NCBI RefSeq assembly: GCF_006345805.1
Contig: NW_021836074.1
Location: 1-25,580 of the forward strand
DNA: 25,580 bases
DNA from: Octopus sinensis
Taxonomy: Eukaryota
Direction of reading: 5' to 3'
Shown: positions 21,956-25,580 of the stretch, in pieces
Numbering within the stretch: position 1 is the first letter of the stretch
How the letters are laid out: the number at the start of each line of letters is the position of its first letter
Made by a program: the position numbers and the translations under genes
Notes under the pieces: generated by a model
Told to the model about the DNA's origin: nothing
The model's database searches: none
Seen by the model: only the letters and a program-made list of their open reading frames with translations

Positions 21956-22264
21956 TTACTTAAAGCAGAAAATAGGTATCAATAATATTCTTTGGGGGCT
22001 TTTTTCGGTCAAAACTGTCCTTAAGATTCTGTGATTCTGCACGTGGACAGTACTTTTCTAAGGCTCAATTTTTTTATGGAAGACTAAGAGTTTCCCGTAC
22101 AAGCAATCTCCGTTTTTTTCACGCCACTGATGACATCTAAAGCAAATACCAATACGGCCAAATACAGCCAAAATAGCTTGACATCAGTGTCGTCGCAGAT
22201 ATTGCAGTCAAAACCTAAAGAACCAGAACAGGCGTCGCCAAACATCTCTCCTGACCCTCCAACC

Positions 22265-22511
22265 CAGTGCTTCTCAACCGGGGTCCTCATGACCTTTAGG
22301 GGTCCATAGAAGATTTGGTATTAACGTTTATGAGCAAGAAATTGGTCATATTTCTACTATACACAAAATATTTCAACAATTTTTAATACTGTTCTTAATA
22401 GCATTCAGTTATAAAAATATAATGGATCTTATTTAACCATTGAATGTCTGTGGAAGTCCAGTAAAGTAAAATGGGGATCAAAGGGGGCAAAAAAATGGTC
22501 GAGAACCACTG
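22265..22511. mobile_element. hAT (Charlie-like) MITE
   Basis: Terminal inverted repeats CAGTGCTTCTCAACC / GGTCGAGAACCACTG. The 8-bp flanks CTCCAACC / CTCTATCA are a plausible decayed TSD. Confidence 0.75.
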
Positions 22512-22524
22512 CTCTATCAGTTCC

Positions 22525-22805
22525 CTGGGTTGGTACATCTTTCATCGATTCCGAAAGAATTAAAACTGAAGTCGACCTCAACGGGAGTTGAACTCTGAAC
22601 GGAAAGAACCAGACCAAATACAGCAAATATTCCAGTACCATTTTCTCACACTTCTGCGAATTCATCTCCCTGGTTCTGTACTTATTTTTCGCCCTCAAAG
22701 AGATAAAAGAGAGATTATCACAACAGGATTTGAACGCAGAGAGCAAAGCCCGAACGAATAGTGAGAGACATTTTATCCAACAATCTGCCAATTCGCTGCC
22801 TTCAC
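22525..22805 (-). mobile_element. Two decayed SINE family A copies
   Basis: GTAC...ATCGATTCCGAAAG...AAGTCGACCTC...TTGAACTC and GTACTTATTTTT...GGATTTGAAC...CTGCCAATTCGCTGCCTT. Confidence 0.6.
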
Positions 22806-22928
22806 CAGCGTATAAAGTAATAGCAAGAAAATAACAAGAAAAAATTCCCCAAACGTGAGTATTGCTATATAGCGGGATTTGGGGGTATCCCCACAAACCA
22901 AAGGTGAGTATCCTCCTATTGCACCACC

Positions 22929-23043
22929 CACCACTCACATGGCTTTGGTCGGCCCGAGGCTATAGTAGAAGACACTTGTTCAGACTGAACCCGAAACCAT
23001 ATGGTTTGAAGCAAACTTCTTACCTCACTGCTACTCTTGCGCC
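22929..23043 (-). mobile_element. SINE family B, 5' fragment with internal deletion
   Basis: CCACTCACATGGCTTTGGTCGGCCCGAGGCTATAGTAGAAGACACTTG...ACTCTTGCGCC. Confidence 0.82.
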
Positions 23044-23045
23044 GA

Positions 23046-23048
23046 ATA

Positions 23049-23126
<78 letters not shown>

Positions 23127-23160
23127 CTATATATATATAATATATATATATATATATAAA
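23046..23160. repeat. (TA)n microsatellite
   Basis: Direct inspection. Confidence 0.95.
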
Positions 23161-23177
23161 AATAAATAAATATGCCC

Positions 23178-23380
23178 TTCTAAAGCCTGGCCAGGTTCAT
23201 GGGCCCGGTTTCTATGTCGTATGTGTTCCCCAGCTGGACGGGACGCCAGTCCATCGCAGCGTTACTCATTTTTGCCGGCTGAGTGGACTGGAGCAACGTG
23301 AAATGAAGTGTTTTGCTCAAGAACACAACGCGTCGCCGGGCCAGGAATCGAAACCACAATCTTACGATCATTGTGCTGAT
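23178..23380 (-). mobile_element. tRNA-derived SINE, family C-related
   Basis: Minus strand: GGTTTCGATTCC B box, TTCTTGAGCAAAACACTT, CTGCGATGGACTGGCGTCCCGTCCAGCTGGGGAAC...GAAACCGGGCCCATGAACCTGGC tail. Confidence 0.85.
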
Positions 23381-23759
23381 TATATATATAATCTCCATAT
23401 ATGCAACAGACACAAAATCTGTATTTTCGCCAAGAAGCTGCTAATGACAATATGATTTACAAATTCGATTGCAAACTTGAAAGTTCAAGAGTTCGTGACA
23501 CCGACTGTTATAATTGGCTACCAAAGGCAAAAATAAAATTGATAGGAAAACATTAGTACGCAAGACATGTATCCTATTCAGAACTTTTCAGACAAAAGTA
23601 TGGGACTAATGATAGAAAGAATACTCATAGTTCAACGCGAAGGTCAAACGAAACTCACGGATAACGTACAGTTATTACAAAGAAAATAAATACCTAACCT
23701 GACTGGTAGCAATTAAGTCTAACAGTCAAATATGTAAAATATATTGGTAATATCTACAG

Positions 23760-23938
23760 CAATGGTTCCCAACCGGGGCCCATCCGGCCCTTGGTGGTCC
23801 ATATACGATTTTATTGTTAAAATTTTATGTGCAATAAATTCATTATACTTCTATAATGCACAAAATATTCTATCGTTTTATTTTAAATACAATTCCTAAT
23901 AATATTTAATTATAAAAATACAGTAGGATTTTTTAAAT
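23760..23938. mobile_element. Truncated copy of the same hAT-like MITE
   Basis: Starts CAATGGTTCCCAACCGGGG and is similar to 22265-22440. The right end is lost at the family-B SINE. Confidence 0.65.
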
Positions 23939-23940
23939 CT

Positions 23941-24360
23941 TTCTCTTTTTCTTTTTCTCTTTTTACTTGTTTCAGTCATTTTGACTGCGGCCATGCTGGA
24001 GCACCACCTTTAATCGAGCAACTCGACCCCGCGACTTATTCTTTGTAAGCCCAGTACTTATTCTATCGGTCTCTTTTGCCGAACCGCTAAGTGACGGGGA
24101 CATAAACACACCAGCATCGGTTGTCAAGCAATGCTAGGGGGACAAACACAGACACACAAACATACACGCACATACATATATATATATACATATATACGAC
24201 GGGCTTCTTTCAGTTTCCGTCTACCAAATCCACTCACAAGGTTTTGGTCGGCCCGAGGCTATAGTAGAAGACACTTGCCCAAGGTGCCACGCACTGGGAC
24301 TGAACCCGGAACCATGTGGCTGGTAAACAAGCTACTTACCACACAGCCACTCCTGCGCCT
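23941..24360 (-). mobile_element. Full-length SINE family B
   Basis: Complete head (GGCGCAGGAGTGGCTGTGTGG), CCTTGGGCAAGTG core, internal (TA)/(TG) tract, and (AAAAGAG)-type tail. Confidence 0.92.
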
Positions 24361-24617
24361 GTGACTAATGGGACTAATGATAGAAACAATACTCATACAT
24401 CGAATGATTATGGAGGTCCAGCAGAGTAAAATAGAAATAAAAAATGGTTGAAAACTACTGATATACATCGATCATACTAACGTTCTTACTTACCGCATGA
24501 AGACAACCAGGAATGTCAATTTTACTTTACCTGGATGATGGCTTTCAGAATGTTATTGTTCCAAAGAAACAACAAGATATCCATAGGGAAATATTTTTAA
24601 AAAATACCTAAATAAAA

Positions 24618-25006
24618 GGCGCAGGAGTGGCTGTGTGGTAAGTAGCTTACTAACCAACCACATGGTTCCGGGTTCAGTCTTCTGCTATAGCCCCGGGCCG
24701 ACCACTGCCTTGTGAGTGGATTTGGTAGACGGAAACTGAAAAAAGCCTGTCGTATATATGTATATATATATATAAGTGTGTGTATATGTTTGTGTGTCTG
24801 TGTTTGTCCCCCTAGCATTGCTTGACAGCCGATGCTGGTGTGTTTACGTCCCCGTCACTTAGCGGTTCGGCAAAAGAGACCGATAGAATAAGTACTGGCC
24901 TTACAAAGAATAAGTCCCGGGGTCGATTTGCTCGACTAAAGGCGGTGCTCCAGTATGGCCGCAGTCAAATGACTGAAACAAGTAAAAGAGTAAAAGAGTA
25001 AAAGAG
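24618..25006 (+). mobile_element. Near full-length SINE family B with an AATAAAA target-site duplication
   Basis: Same sequence as 23941-24360 in the opposite orientation, with a ~25-bp deletion in the core. (TAAAAGAG)3 tail. AATAAAA at 24611-24617 and 25007-25013. Confidence 0.92.
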
Positions 25007-25155
25007 AATAAAAATACAGCACACACATAAATACACACACATGCATATATAAGAGTAAGTAGCGTGTACTATATTAAGTATTATTGCCTATAAAACAGAG
25101 AATTCAATACAGTTGTAAAGTAAGCTATATGGGTTTCAGGAAGGTTTAAAGCCTC

Positions 25156-25192
25156 AATGTACTTATAGTTTCATCCCAAGGTGACTCTTCAG
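25156..25192 (-). ncRNA. Hammerhead-like core without a contiguous stem I (possible relic)
   Basis: Minus strand reads CUGAAGA-GUC-ACCUUGG-GAU-GAAA-CU-AUA-AG-UA-CAUU. The core and stems II/III fit, but stem I does not pair contiguously. Confidence 0.35.
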
Positions 25193-25580
25193 ACGGTGCA
25201 TTTCTAAACAATGCAAACGATATGTGTAGTCGGTGGAGTGACACTCTAGTGAATACAGCGTGTGTATGCGTGTGGGAAGTGTGGGTGGTAGTGGTATATT
25301 TATTGATATTTCCATTTAAGTATGAATCTTTGTATCGGTTTGACTGGGTGTAAATGGCTGTGTGGGTGATAGTGTGTTGACGTGTATGAAATTGTTTCGA
25401 CGATAAAGTTAAAATAAAATTAACTGCCATTATAGTCGCACATCAGGGCAATTGATAACACACAAAAAAAAATTATAATGATTTGTGAGTTTGATTTTAT
25501 TCAAAATTGGATGGGGGTGTAGTCTATAGTTGTGCGGGGGATAGGGTGGTTATGATATTTTTTCAGATAACTCTTAACTA

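Noticed and set aside
24131-24818. Near-identical ORFs MLGGQTQTHKH... on opposite strands
   Set aside because: Both are antisense readings of two family-B SINE copies.

Overview
AT-rich, microsatellite-dense eukaryotic DNA. The SINE families and repeat landscape look like a coleoid cephalopod, probably Octopus (inference). The only credible protein-coding gene is an intronless 731-aa class A biogenic-amine GPCR (4891-7086, +), most like type-2 tyramine/octopamine receptors, with a very long third intracellular loop. The rest is repeat-derived. It includes two tandem, degenerate R4/Dong-type (RT+RLE) LINE fragments bracketed by (TAA)n, an inverted pair of RTE-type LINE fragments, about 20 tRNA-derived SINE copies in three families, a mariner 3' end, hAT-like MITEs, a Helitron/HINE-like element and many simple repeats. 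The most interesting unexplained structure is a ~380-bp fold-back element (135-bp arms) whose loop holds a minimal type I hammerhead ribozyme motif on the minus strand, as expected for a Penelope-like pLTR. Two more damaged hammerhead-like cores lie at ~14.17 kb and ~25.17 kb. Almost all short ORFs in the track are microsatellite or SINE artefacts. I see no evidence of a novel multi-gene system. Repeat boundaries are read by eye and are approximate.
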